63,870 nt of DNA, filler included, from Basidiobolus ranarum (GCA_040143965.1; 29 parts of 29 records of this genome joined end to end with filler, not necessarily neighbours in it), one strand, 5' to 3'; counted from the first letter of the whole stretch, positions 26,030 to 39,783 are shown. Notes: generated by a model from the sequence alone, not told the origin. Made by a program: numbers and translations.

Positions 26030-26377
26030 TTACTCATCATCTTCCTCTGGATAGTGTTTCTTAAATTCGTTCACTTTCCTTCTCGCATTGTTCATTTCTT
26101 TTTCAAGTTTAAGAATAATCACTTGTTGCTCCATCTCTCGAAGTTTGTGATCTTGTATAGATAGTTTGGACAGATCCAAATCCTTTTCTTCTTTCTTACG
26201 AGCTGTAAACGCTTTGACGGCCTTGGCTACATCCCGCGATGCATCTGTCACGGCACGTGAAGCCAATTCCAACTTCTCTTGCGTTTTGGAATACATGTTA
26301 GCTTTGACACGGGCTGCTGCCACTAACTGAGCAGTAGCGGTGGCGACATCGTTGGAGGCGTTAATCAATTGCTCTAG
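26030..26377 (-). CDS. SLA2: Sla2/End4 (HIP1R) C-terminal I/LWEQ domain
   Basis: LEQLINASNDVATATAQLVAAARVKA...KLELASRAV...EMEQQVIILKLEKE. Confidence 0.93.
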   Translation of the reverse strand, partial: LEQLINASNDVATATAQLVAAARVKANMYSKTQEKLELASRAVTDASRDVAKAVKAFTARKKEEKDLDLSKLSIQDHKLREMEQQVIILKLEKEMNNARRKVNEFKKHYPEEDDE

Positions 26378-26546
26378 ATGTGGCTAAGGAAACTCTTTAA
26401 AGACTTGGGCATTTCTCAAAGTTCACCCACCATAATTTTTAAAGATNNNNNNNNNNNNNNNNNNNNNNNNNNNNNNNNNNNNNNNNNNNNTTAATTAATT
26501 AANNNNNNNNNNNNNNNNNNNNNNNNNNNNNNNNNNNNNNNNNNNN

Positions 26547-28290
26547 ATAGTCATATATAGCTGAGTATTTAGGTAGCCTATATTGCACTAAGACATCACC
26601 CATTATTCTTATGAGGAATTTACGTAGTTCTCAGATATATAAGATCTTTCAAACATGTGCTAGAAGCCCTAAATTGTGCACACAGGTTCCTGGGACCTTC
26701 CTTAACACATTCTACACGTTAGTTTGTTTACATATTGACAAAACTATAAATGTCAACCGAATACTTAATAAATCAATAAGTAAAAACCACCAATTTATGT
26801 AGTTCAAAAGACCACTTACAACAGGCTCCCAAAATAATTTAACACAACCAACAGATATAAACTGACTTTCTTAATAGTGCTTGTAGTAAGGAAATTCCAC
26901 AGGACAACAGCCAAACACCTTTTGCTTTTTACCATCTTTTTGCTAACATCTGTTCTACAATGAATATGAATGAAAATGGTATCTGCAGATGAGTTACCAC
27001 AAAATAAATACTCAGGTTATATTATGATCTGTGATATATATATTCCTACTTCATATATCTTTTCCCTAACTAAATAATCATTTCAACTATTCTTGATGGA
27101 AATTTTGACCAAATCAGTCAAAATACTGGTCATACTTGGTAATTAATATGTTTGCAGAATGATCAATCTATTGGCAATTATATGCCATAGGTTGTCTGTT
27201 CTTATTTGTTGACCAAATCTTAATCTAAGCACACTGGTAAATATATCCAAAGATATCTACTCTTGAGTGGTACTTCATTTCTTTATACCATGATACTCCA
27301 AAATATATTCAACTACTTTGCTCAGTGCATCTCTTCTGAGTTCATACTACTGCTCAGTAAAGCTTAATGGCTTCAATAATTGCACTTGCCTCACTGCTGA
27401 GTATTTCTTACTGAGTCCCATTTTATTCACTTGTAACAAGTCTAGTATTCAAGGTACACCAAGACTATAGCAGTGCTAGGGAGTTGTGGCCACCACAGAA
27501 GAAGCTGATCAGTAGATACTGAGTATTATTATAAGTATTGTGTGCACTATCTCAATAGGTTTTTAGTCGGACTCCTCTAGTATCAATAGAGTTTACTTAC
27601 ACTTAACTTTGGTATTACTGCTTAGCATATTTATAGGATATATACTCCACTTTTCAACACAATGCAGTAGTGGAGATCAAGGTAAATCAGAATATAAATA
27701 TCATGGTGACAATATTGTAACATGTTAATTGTAGGTTATATGATAATCATTTACTAATTCTGCTAACCGTATCTATCCATATTTTACAAGAGTAAATAAC
27801 AGGACGTTGGCACAAAATAGAATCCTAGAAGCTTATGGAGCTAATCTAAATAATATGCATATATTTGACACAATATCTATGCTTGTATTTTGATGGTGAT
27901 TGTATATTATTCTCAACTTCTGTTCACTACAACTGTGTGTTACTGTTGAAATAAACATAGCCTAAGCATCTATAAAGTCATATATAGCTTAATGTTTAGT
28001 TATTCCATATTGAACTAAGATATTGCCCATCATTCTCAATCGGAATTTACTTGGAATATTTTTACCAACTTAGAAGTTCTCATATATATAGATTTTTCAT
28101 ACTTGTGCTAGAGGTACCAATCTTTGCATACATATTCCTGGGACCTTCCTTGATACATTCTAGACGTTTTTTGTTTACCTCTTGACAAAACTATAAATGT
28201 CAACTTTCTACTAACTAAATCAATAAGTGAAAACCGCCGATTCTTCTAGTTCTCCAAACCACTTCCAACAAACTCCCAAGATACTTCAAC
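26547..28290 (+). repeat. Diverged direct repeat of about 300 bp (26547 to ~26845 and ~27974-28290)
   Basis: Shared blocks AGTCATATATAGCT, TTCCTGGGACCTTCCTT, TTGACAAAACTATAAATGTCAAC and AAATCAATAAGT. Confidence 0.75.
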
Positions 28291-28754
28291 AGTTACCTGT
28301 AGTTGATTCAAAGCTATAAAACATTGTCACATATTTACGCAGCCAAAAAAGTAGACTAGAGTGGCTTTAGGATTAAGAATGAGTAAATCCGTTGTATACC
28401 CGCCATCATTGTGCACTAATATATTGAATTCGGATAGCTCATCCCGAGCATCGCCACTCGAGCTGGGTAAACATGGTTACTTTGGTACACTCACAAGTTC
28501 ACATGATATATCTGAACTTTATCGAGCCTAAAGAATGATATTGTCATATGTAAGCACAGATTTACAATTTACTTGCTTATGTATTAGCTTCTATGCTTGA
28601 TAGAAACATGGGAACGAAGTTAGTGATGTCAACGCTGTAAGTATAAATAACCTGNNNNNNNNNNNNNNNNNNNNNNNNNNNNNNNNNNNNNNNNNNNNTT
28701 AATTAATTAANNNNNNNNNNNNNNNNNNNNNNNNNNNNNNNNNNNNNNNNNNNN

Positions 28755-30310
28755 ATGCTAGTGTTCTTGTCTAAGGGATCTGTATTCAGATTGGCTGGTC
28801 TGGTTCCATCAGTGAGTGCTCCTATGGCAGGATTTACTTTAGTAGCAACTGTCTTGTGCTTGGTCCTAACATGGGCTTCTTGTGCGTTAGGTCCTAAAGC
28901 GGCTCCCCAAGCTAAGTTTGAGTCAGATGTATACTGTATTTGATAGTGAGTATCTTCTTTGATGATGCTTCTGCACTCAGTTTGAGCTCTGTGGTCAGTA
29001 GTGGGTGCTCCACAAAAGTTGGCAAGTAGTCCTGGGTTGCTTCCATAAATGGTGTACCAAACAGATCCATCAGGGTAATTCATGACCATTGCTCTTGCAT
29101 TTGTCTCCCTAGGTCATCTAAGTAGTAGGTTAAAGTTTGCTTTTTGACAGATGAAGACAGGTATTGTGTGCTGTACTCCTTGTATGTTGATGGGATATGC
29201 ATGAATGACTCCCAAAAGTGAAGAGACTCCAGTGTTACCAGTATGTCTTGTTTCTTCAGGTGGAGAAGCTCTCTTGGTTGCATAAGCTTCAGCTAAGCAC
29301 AAAAAACCATCTTCATTGTCAGATTCCAATATTAGGTTTTGGTTTTGGTGTTGGTCAACAGCAAAGTCTTGTGTGTTCTGGTCAGGGTTTGCAACAGTTA
29401 CTCTTCTGATTTTGTTAACTGGGGGACAGTGAGTTCCTTTCATACCTCCTCTTCAAAAGTTTGGCCTGACACTTCTGCCATTATGATCAAGTATAAACTC
29501 TCTTCAGTCCAAATGGAGCTCTACTTCTTCAAGTAGGTCATTCAATTCAGGACAGTCCTTCTTGGAATGCTTGGTTGAGTCACACCATACCCAATTAGAT
29601 GTGTAGGAAGATTCATAGGTTCCTCTTTGGTAGGACTTGCTCTCAATCTTCAAAGTGAGACATTCACATTTCTGGCTAATGAATGATAGTTCTTCCCTAA
29701 CATTGACTGTTCTTCTTTTTGTCCAAGGTTCTTCTGGTCATGGTTGTTGTTGTTCCCTGCTCTTCTGGAGCATCTTCATAAGGGCTGCATTCTCCTGACT
29801 TGCTAGGAGGACTTTCTTTACACTAGCAAGAGAGGGAATATCAGAGGTTGATTGGCGGTTAGTTTCTTGATAAACTTTTATTGGTAGGTGTTGGGGTAAG
29901 GCATTAAATGGTAAATAGTAAGGGTAACTTCAGCAATAATACCTTGTGGGATCAAAGGTGCTCCAATACTTTCAAGTTCTTGGTTAAATTATTTGGTAGG
30001 CATCTTTCAGAAGCTAGTTTTGGCAAAGTCCTTCAAATCATAAATTGAGTAGGTACAGCAGGGTTTGCAATAGTATTCTGGCAAATGTCCTTTCATATGG
30101 TTCCAGTCTTGTAGTATGGAAGGGTTGTCTTCAAGTGCTAATGTAATATCATCTTCACAGTAAGGTGGTAGTTTCTAAGTCATTCTGTCTTTAGGAATGT
30201 TTAAACTTGGCACAAGAGTTCCCATATCCAGATGAAAGCTTGAACATTAGTTCCATCAAAGAAGGGAGTTCCTGCAGATCTGTATAGTGGGAGTATTGGG
30301 GTTGACATGT
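28755..30310 (-). mobile_element. Ty3/gypsy gag-protease remnant
   Basis: P-FDGTNV gag start, WCDSTKHSKKDC zinc knuckle and protease-like PINIQGVQHTIPVFICQKANFNLLL; CpG-depleted with many stops. Confidence 0.8.
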
Positions 30311-30962
30311 TAGATGAGTAGTACTACTAGCAGTCTTTCTAGTTGTAAGTCTTCAGAGAGATTTATTTGAGCTCCCCATGTGTGCCTAGTGTAGTTGTTT
30401 TAGGATGTAAGCAGCAACTATGACTGCAATGTCTTAAGGGTTTTGCAAGGTGTTTGAAGGGTGCAATAACCATGGTAGAATAACTCTGGAACATATGGTA
30501 ATATGGGTGTTTCTCTTGCCTCTTGAGTCTTTGTGAAAGGGAAAAATCATCTAGAAATGTCCAAGGACCAGTAAACCACAATGCAATGTTCAGCTTTCAA
30601 TTGAAAAATATGCTGGTGCCTGACAAAAGGTGATACTGGCTTCAATGTCCTTTGAGAATGATCAGATAAAAAGGGTTTATCAAATCAAAAACAACTGTAA
30701 ACTTGGCCAGCAGGGTCTTGAACAAGGATGCACTAGTAGTAATTTATCCCAGGATATAAAAAGTTCCTTGCCTATGCAGAAAAAGCTAGGGAAAAGATGT
30801 TAAGTATCACAAATACAACACCCACCTGTCAATACTTCCTTTGCAATAAAAGAGAAAAACGANNNNNNNNNNNNNNNNNNNNNNNNNNNNNNNNNNNNNN
30901 NNNNNNTTAATTAATTAANNNNNNNNNNNNNNNNNNNNNNNNNNNNNNNNNNNNNNNNNNNN

Positions 30963-31487
30963 GTGTGTAATGATGTCTCGTGCTGTCAAAATCTATAAAT
31001 AATTCGAAGGTATTATCAAAGAGCTCCACATGATTATCTTCAACGTAAGTTAGTTAGAGGCCAGTAGAGGAGAAGAATCACCAGCAACCTACCTAGATCC
31101 AAGGTACTACTAGTATTGGCGAATAATATCGGATCAATCATTTGTGCACCAACGTATATGTTCTGATCGTCCCAAAGCATCTATGATTCAGAAGAAATAC
31201 ATTAGCCTCGATTCGCTTAATACTTGGAGTCATCAGATCTCAACCTTTGCTCTTGTCCGCATATTCATAGCAGGAATTATTCCTGAAAATGTATCCAACA
31301 GCTCGGTAAAATCGTCGGTCCAAGGAGCATTCTTCCAAACCTCATCATTCAGACTCCCATCAATCACTGGTGGGACCATGGTTTTTGGTATAGTGTAGTG
31401 CTTTTTAAAGGGAATATGGCAGACACCAGACACCATATCCTGAAGCATTAACAAAATCACCAATTCTAGTACTCGTGAGAAGTTCAT
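30963..31487 (-). CDS. Secreted CBM9-like (DOMON-like) carbohydrate-binding protein, 5' part; exons 31487-31245, 31180-31093, 31037-30963
   Basis: Signal peptide, then PPVIDGSLNDEVWKNAPWTDDF...RTRAK|MLWDDQNIYVGA...DPILFAN...DNTFELFIDFD. Two GT-AG introns preserve the frame. Confidence 0.8.
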
Positions 31488-34400
31488 GTCTACACACTAA
31501 AAAGACTGGATTAGAGAGATCTGGCTTTACTCACTGATGGGTCTTTTACTTACATTGATCGAGCAGAATACAGGGGTTTGTTAAACTCGACAGTAAACAA
31601 AGAGATAAGCCACGGGAGTCGGTGGAAAGTACCTTAATGATAGAACCTTGGCGTATATAAAGAGGTACCGAAAGAAAATAAGCGTTGAAACTTTATAGAG
31701 CAGCATGGCCTATGGTTATATAGGATGAGAAGGGAAATTTCGAGGAGCCGGCCCACACAACCGAAGCTTCAGACGATACATTCTAATTCTGTGACATCTA
31801 TTGCCCTCTCTTGCATGGATTTTTACTAGCTATCGTTGGCATTTGCGTAGATCATTGCTTCGAGTTTTCTCAATATTCCTTGTCACTGTTGTTGATTTGA
31901 CTGCATGACTGAGACACATTCTGCATCTAGCTGAGAGCTTAAACAAACCCATAAATTAACGAAAATTGCCTATTCTCCACGTGAGGGCAATCTAACCTAA
32001 TAAAATACCAAGTTTACCGAAAGTCTAAGGAATACACAATGAACATCCAAGTTGGAGACTAGTAAAGGCAGGGCCTACTATCATTTGGTTGGAGTATACA
32101 ACTAACCTGGAGTACTTTGTCGTCATGATGAAGATCATATTAGGAGTTGACTCCGACAGTTCTAGGTACGCAGATAAGGTGCTTAGCCTGGATGGAATAG
32201 CACTCCATATCAACAGTACTCAACAGTAAATACCAACGAGCAGTAGAATCTTGCATTTAATAAATACACTTCGAACAGCTGAATACACTCAGTGCTGCCT
32301 GAGTAACTGGCCTCAACATTTCGTCGTATCAATGACTACCCAGTAGGCGAGCGTGTGTGTATGCCGAATTCCATGTTGAATGCACCACAGGCTCTGATTT
32401 CGTGATTATGTGGTGTATCTTGTATGTTGAAAAGTCTGTTCATTCGGTTATGCAGCTCTCTATTGGGCAGGCAATGCATATCCCATCAGACCTAAATTGT
32501 ACCTGTACTCCTCAATTTGTCTTGGAAAGTCAATGTAGCCTCAGGGACACGATTTATCTCTGTTTCTTCTCTATCACACCGCCTAAGAATTGGCTGCAAC
32601 TTCGAAACAAGGGACTAAATAAAAAACAAAAAGCGAAATCACCCAATTCGGATGCATTTGGAATCAATTGCTCGGCATTCTACACACCCACCTGGTCACT
32701 TCACCCATTAATTCGATTTGGTGGATATTTTCTGTTAAAGGTCGACTGTGTTGTAGCACAAGTTAAACTTGAGAATGCCAAGGCGTGTGGGAAGGAGATT
32801 GGAATATATATTGTTAGCTCTTCGATCTATTTTGCTAGAATTCAGATACAGGCAAGAATGATTCTTCTGAGAATCTGATCATCTCTTGTGGGCTATTTCA
32901 TATTTCCTTTACTTATTTCGGTCACAGAAGGCTGTTCCTTATCTCAATTGGGCTGTGTATTGAGCAAAACAACATGGTGGCCCATTTCTGTCCCTTCTGT
33001 TAGTCAACCTTCATATCAGCGCAGTAAAATAGCTAATGATTGGTGAACCGTTTGGGTTGGATGTGCCAANNNNNNNNNNNNNNNNNNNNNNNNNNNNNNN
33101 NNNNNNNNNNNNNTTAATTAATTAANNNNNNNNNNNNNNNNNNNNNNNNNNNNNNNNNNNNNNNNNNNNGATCTCTCTATTACCTAGTTGATCTCTCTTT
33201 GGATTAGCACCATCAAGTCTTACTCAAAATTACGTAGTACTTCGAAGTATTACTCCAAGTGATATTTGCATCACTGTTAACAATATGAATCAATGCATTC
33301 CCACTGAGTTAATGCATCAGTACATATTAACAATGAGCAATTTAATCCAATCTCTTTCTCATGTGGAGAAACTTTGTTTAAGGTGAAATTCAAATGCTTA
33401 CTTATGCATTATAGAGATTACATTACGATTAGTTGTTAACTTAATTTCAACCAAAGATTACTATTCGATGAAGCGGAGAATGTTAAAAGGGGTTCTAGTG
33501 TATACCAAAGATTACTCAGTAAACATGAATCACTTTTTATTTTTCATGCCAACTGAGCTTCAGTGTTTCCTAATTTTTAGAGCCAACATATTTCAAGAAG
33601 TAAAAGATCTTTCTCAAAATGGTGAGTGGAGGTGGCATCAACTATCATAATCTCTAATTATGTTCATTTTCTGATTCGCATAATTTAGCAATATTAGCTT
33701 GTCAATTATAATAGTTCATCCATCTTTTCTCTATATCTAAAAATGACTGACCACAATCCAACCTTTCAAACCACCAATAAACTACTTCTAGCAATGTATC
33801 AAGCTACATATATATACACCAATGTTGGCATGCTTTTCTATAAGTTCAAATCCTTACTAGAAGCTAATGCTTTCTTCTATATACATCAGTGTGATGTATC
33901 AGTGAACTATTTGCTAGCCTTCATCTAGCATTATAGGAGTATAAAAAATAATACATCTATTTCTCACATGAAAAATAAATATACCGCAGTAAATGATATC
34001 TGTGAACTCCTCATGGACTAACCATCAAACCTAGCAAGAGGTTTCAATTGATAAGATCAATCACTAACTCCAGATGATCAATAATTTTCAAGTTGTTCTT
34101 CATTCTCAATATAAACACATAATAATATATTGTCAGAGTGGTGTTAAAGATAAATGGTATTTTTAGCTAAGCTACAGCACCATCAAGCAGTCGTTAAGGG
34201 GGTGGGATTTTGCCAACTTTGGTCCAGTAGAGTGATGCATTGATAATGGGTGTAGATGACTCAATCTTGCACCGAGTCGGAAGCCCCAACACAAGCTTAA
34301 AATATTGAATGTATTATAATGATTATCGAGAATCAAAACCAGTCAGCTATCTACATAACTTGTGGAGTATGTAAATCAGTAGATTTCTTACAAGTGCGTG

Positions 34401-36712
34401 TATAAAACTCTGATCTAACAAGAATTGGATCTACAGGAATTGGAATTTCCAAATTCACTACTAATGGCTTAGCCTAAGCAAACATGCAATTCAATGGCTT
34501 AGCTCTATCATCGAAGCTCCAAGATAGTGGTTTTGCATTTCTCTCGATGCGCTGGTATGCTCGATATTAAGATCGACCTGTGAATCATGAGCATAACAGG
34601 ATGTCTCTGATTAATTTGCTCACAACACTACTCAAGCTTAGTAAAACTCGTAGTTGATGTATGAATCCTATCTTATGATGTTAATATCATCAGTTCGTTG
34701 CATACAGAACATCGTGATTTCATCAACAAAGCGCCGAATCAATTGTAACATGATACAATGAAGCGGACTCGAGCCTACCCTACTAGGTTGGATTATCACA
34801 GCTAGCGAAACATAGCAGGAAGAAAATAACTTGAAATTTAACATATTTGGTTATTAACATTCTTTGTCACGTTTAATGAGCTTCGGAATGAATGGAGCTA
34901 GATATGGGGGTAACTCATGTTAAAAGGAATCACCAACTTATCGTACGGTAGTGGTATTTATATAATATAATTCATTAAACAGGATCGAATACGAAGTCCG
35001 TGTCGGATTTTTCAGGCTGATCATTGTGATTGCCAGGTCAACGTGGCTCTGATCGTAATTCATTCCCACCAACTATTTCCCCAACATGACTAAGATGATG
35101 GTATATATTTGGCAACATTCCTGATTTCAAATGGTCAAGTGATGACAACAATTAATTAAAGAACGACAATTTATCAAAATAAATAGTAAATAGAAACGCA
35201 AAATTTGGACTACAATTCGGCAATGGCTGTTTACAACCAAATCCAATGTGTAGTTATCGTATAATGTGTAGTTATNNNNNNNNNNNNNNNNNNNNNNNNN
35301 NNNNNNNNNNNNNNNNNNNTTAATTAATTAANNNNNNNNNNNNNNNNNNNNNNNNNNNNNNNNNNNNNNNNNNNNGTCTATATGTCTATCTCTAATGGAT
35401 TATTTGGTAGTGTGTGAGCACAGCAATGAGCCTACGAAGTGTCACTGAGATGTGGCTATGTGTATCAGGATGGATTCGGCGGATGTGTCTCGTTTTCTGA
35501 GTGGCCTGGATCAAACGTGGTATTCAACTGAAACAAATAGCGAGGGAGCAGAAGAGTCTTTCTTTTCCCTTGTCACTGTAATTCTCTAGAATATGTAATA
35601 ACCGGCAGAGATGAACGTGAGTTACCGAGCAAGTGGGATGAATGCAGGTAGGCTTAGTGAGACGATGGAGATAGCAGCAAAAGTGGAGTAGATGATGTGG
35701 AGCAAGTCAATGAAATTTGAGTAAAATGTCTTGGGTTGCCAAACAATCAAGGTTATGAGTCCGGAGACGAGTGGGGAAGGATGCTCGATGGACACTTTAG
35801 GTAAGTGGGGAAGTGGAGACTTATTTATATGAGGGAAGGATCGGATTTTGGCAGATGCATGTTCGTGCAGTGGTGTGTAGCTATTGTTGTGGAAATGAAT
35901 GTGGGTGTTGGTTGTGGGTGTTGATGGAGGGTGAATTTGTGTAGGATTTTCAAGTGATTTGTTTGTTCCCCGGGTGAACAAGATGAGCTTTTGTTCAAGT
36001 GAGTCCATCGATCCGAGATCCGCTTGTCCTTTTTGGCTGTCTGTCTTGACTGATTGATCAAGATCATTTCGTATTATTCACCTTATCTTGAATGTCACCC
36101 TGCCCCCATCTCTCTCCCTCGCACTTTTCACAATCACCACCACAAGCACACATACATCAACATTTCAGTAACAACCGTATTGCCATCTACTGATCCTCAC
36201 ACTAGGATCTGTGATCGAAGCTGTGCTAAAAACTTGGCAGAAGATTGGCTATTTTCTGCCGAAGCGAGCATTATTGTGTTCGTAAATGATGATGTTGATG
36301 GTGCAGCCACTAATGTTGGTCTCGCTTTTCATCAATACTACGACCATTGATGTTGTTTCTACATTTGTTACTACTGTGCTATTCACCCGTACTTCTGGAA
36401 CTACCATCGATGCATCTGTTTGCCTCTATCACCGCTCTCACTAGTGTTATTGAGCCGAACCAAGCTCTCATAGAGACTGATTTTGCTGTTGCCATATTCA
36501 CAACTCTCTCTTACCAAACGTTTTATGATTCCACCACTTTAGTGTCTTTGTGCTCTCTTGTGGCTCATGGTCTGCTATGAGATATTGGCTATTGAGTGAC
36601 TCCATGTACCCTGGATGGACATTTCTCAATTTATTTCCCCGCCTACACTTCGTCGGACTTCAGCGCACCCATTGTTACGTGAGTAGAGAAAAAGAATGGC
36701 TTACATTGAGCT

Positions 36713-37479
36713 GCTTCATAATGTCTAGAAACAATAGTGATGAGCGTGGTAGATTACTCTCGCTCTTCGAACAAAGAAGCAATCACCAATTCCCGAAGCG
36801 AGGCAAAGTGAACCTATCCGGTCTTAATCTTTGGTGAAATTATGTAAATCGGAGGTTTTTTACTGAATTGATTCGCCGGAGCTAGTCTTATTATGCAAAA
36901 TGATTGAGAAGTTGCAATCGGATTATTGTTGATTACTACCACTTTAACTAAAGCATATTGTGGTGATTTACTTCGAGTAATGTTCGTAACAACACGAATT
37001 TCACCATTTGATCATGTCAACTGGTTTGAAGTAATTCTTTCTTTTGCCGCTTCTACATTCCGTTTTCACACTTGAGCTCATTTATTGATGATCAGGGGAT
37101 ATGGAGCAAGAGGATATGATAATATTGTAATGCATCTCGATTGAGATATGTTTGACATCTTTTGAAAATCTTTATCTGGTTTAGAATAGTGAGCCAAAGG
37201 AATTATTTGTAATCTAGTTTTCATGCAGATATTTATGGCCATTTTGTGAAATGTATGAACGATTTATGATTCCGAAGCACGGTTTACATGATAATGATAA
37301 ACTCCACAAAGTCCGATGAATCAATCGCATGGGAAGCCTTCAATTGGCATGTTGTCTTCCAACATTAGGATCAGATAGGTTCGCTTTGCCTCGCTTCGGG
37401 AATTGGTGATTGCTTCTTTGTTCGAAGAGCGAGAGTAATCTACCACGCTCATCACTATTGTTTCTAGACATTATGAAGC
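36713..37479. repeat. 106-bp inverted repeat (36713-36818 and 37374-37479)
   Basis: The arms are reverse complements with one mismatch seen; the right arm runs into the contig end. Confidence 0.95.
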
Positions 37480-37579
37480 NNNNNNNNNNNNNNNNNNNNN
37501 NNNNNNNNNNNNNNNNNNNNNNNTTAATTAATTAANNNNNNNNNNNNNNNNNNNNNNNNNNNNNNNNNNNNNNNNNNNN

Positions 37580-39475
37580 ACAAGATATTTCCGGTAATGG
37601 ATGGCAATTTTGGTTTATTATAAGCTGTTTCTAAGCAATTTCATTACATCAAGTTTACCATCTGAAAATTTCAATGCCATTCAAAAAGCACTCAAAAATT
37701 AAGTCAAAATTGGCTTCCAGGCCAAAGCCTCCTGGCACAAGAGGAAAAAAACCAGCAAGAACAGAGGACATAATTGATGAGCAGTCTAGCAATCCACTAT
37801 CCACTTTGGAAGGCACTAACATACCAAAACCTTACTCTAGTAATGATGAAGCATTAATCAATTAACCAGATGTGTTCCTTTCCAGTGATGGTGTAAGTGA
37901 AGATATTGTAATCCCCCAATTACTTAGTAAATCAATAGTTGAGCAAAGTTTGACCAAAACCCTGTCAAGACCATCAACTAACAAAATGGCTTCTTTACCC
38001 ACTATTGATCAACCCTTTGTAGAAAAATGGATAGAATTATTAAAACAAGGGAATCACAGGCAGAACACCGTAATGATTTGTATCCAGTCATATGTAAAAA
38101 CTATAAGTTGCTATACAGGCTATGACAAGCAATAATGTTGCAATATTGCAATTAATGCATTGTTTGGAAGCAACTGGTCAACAGTTAGACAGTCACTCAA
38201 CAATGATACATGACCTCCAGAATGCTGTATGTGAGCTACAGCAACATGCTGCTCCCTCCATCCATTCTCATACAGGATTTCCATCAATCCCATACCATAC
38301 ATATGAACATCACCATGACAATCTAGCAGAGCAGAATATGTGCGGACCATTAAGCCTATACAATGGCCCAAAGTTGCTAGGGAAACCTACAAATCAACAG
38401 AAACTCAATGTCAGAGCTGCTATCACTTGCTTTGAAGATGAGTTGTTTAACATTTTGGAAACTGTGTGGAATCTTGGCAAATATCAACTTGACTTGAGTC
38501 AGTTGTGGAAAACCAAAACCAGGAATTACTGTGAAGGTTCTTGATTTATCTCATGTGGCTTATCCTGGGTTTTTCAAGCAAATGGCAATTGGGCTAGTAT
38601 AGGCCTATTCATGAAACATCTCTAAAATATACGCAATTATCAACTTGGAAAAGAAAGAAAAGCTGCTAAAGAGTACTGAAGGAGCAGGAAGTTACTAAAC
38701 CTAAGGAAAAAGCAAGGGATCCAGTGAGTTTAGGCTCTACTGTCCCACTTACCAAATTCATCACACCATTACAAAGATCTGAATTCCAGAGTCAGATATA
38801 CTGGCAAAAAAGCTTGATTTCACCATGGAACCAGGTAGACCAGTTGTAAGAGTGCTAAATTAGGGAGTTTATCCAGCACCTGACACCTCTCAACAAGCCA
38901 AAACACCAGCTAATAAAACTCATAGCTCATGCACCTCAACTGGTACTTTTCAAAGAGTTGAAATTAGCCACAAAGTTAAGTCTAGTGTTGACCGTGCAGA
39001 TATCTGGGAAGAACTTGATACAGAGTGGTGCAATATTTTCAGGGTACCTGCCAGATAGCTGGAAGAATGTTGATTCAGCAACGTTAATACAATGGTGGGC
39101 TTTGATGGAGATATTGATACAAACTTGTGTTGGGTATGAGCTAAACCTTGGGTATGAAGAACTCTATAAAAATATTTGGCAGAATATATCAAAGAGACTA
39201 GGGATTATGAAGGTGACAAATTAGTGTACAAGTGGTAATTGTGTAAGATTTCAGTTACGTTTTTCACACATGTGTTGATCCATAGTACTCTGAGATTGTA
39301 GCCAATCATATGCAACTATTTTGTGACATCTTGAAATTTCACTCCTGAAACTGAAAAAATTGATTAAAATCAAAAATAACTTGACAATTTTATGGTTGTC
39401 AGTAAATAGTCAATACCAAATGGATTAAAATTGTAATGGCTTTCCTACAATAACAATCCTCATATTTCTGTTAGG
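37580..39475 (+). mobile_element. CACTA-like accessory ORF (starts 37674, decayed) through to the left terminus CTGTTAGGG
   Basis: Longest copy of the multi-copy ORF (MPFKKHSKIK...GYLPDSWKNVDSATLIQWWALME...LGYEELYK). It is followed at 39476-39683 by the 5' region of another copy of the same ORF. Confidence 0.75.
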
Positions 39476-39783
39476 GTAAGCTGTTTCTAAGCAATTTCAT
39501 TACACCAAGTTTGCCATCTGAAAATTTCAATGCCTTTCAAAAGTTGTTCAAAATCTTAATCAAAATTGGCTTCCAAGCCAAAGCCTGCTGGCACCAAAGG
39601 AAAAAGACCTGCAAGAACAGAGTACTTGATTGATGAACAGTCTAGCAATCCCCTATCCACTTTGTAAGGCATTAACATGCCAGNNNNNNNNNNNNNNNNN
39701 NNNNNNNNNNNNNNNNNNNNNNNNNNNTTAATTAATTAANNNNNNNNNNNNNNNNNNNNNNNNNNNNNNNNNNNNNNNNNNNN

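Noticed and set aside
32025..32318. Possible solo LTR ending CAACA
   Set aside because: No clear TG start, TSD or second copy in the window.
32357..32878. 173-aa ORF
   Set aside because: No recognisable motif or codon bias; probably a chance ORF.
34269..34280. GCACCGAGTCGG, matching the 3' hairpin of the SpCas9 tracrRNA/sgRNA scaffold
   Set aside because: Only 12 nt match, the hairpin is not completed, and there is no other scaffold sequence or cas gene. Chance match.
35622..36837. Cluster of short ORFs on both strands
   Set aside because: Explained by purine/pyrimidine strand skew and possibly a very decayed pseudogene. No family could be assigned.
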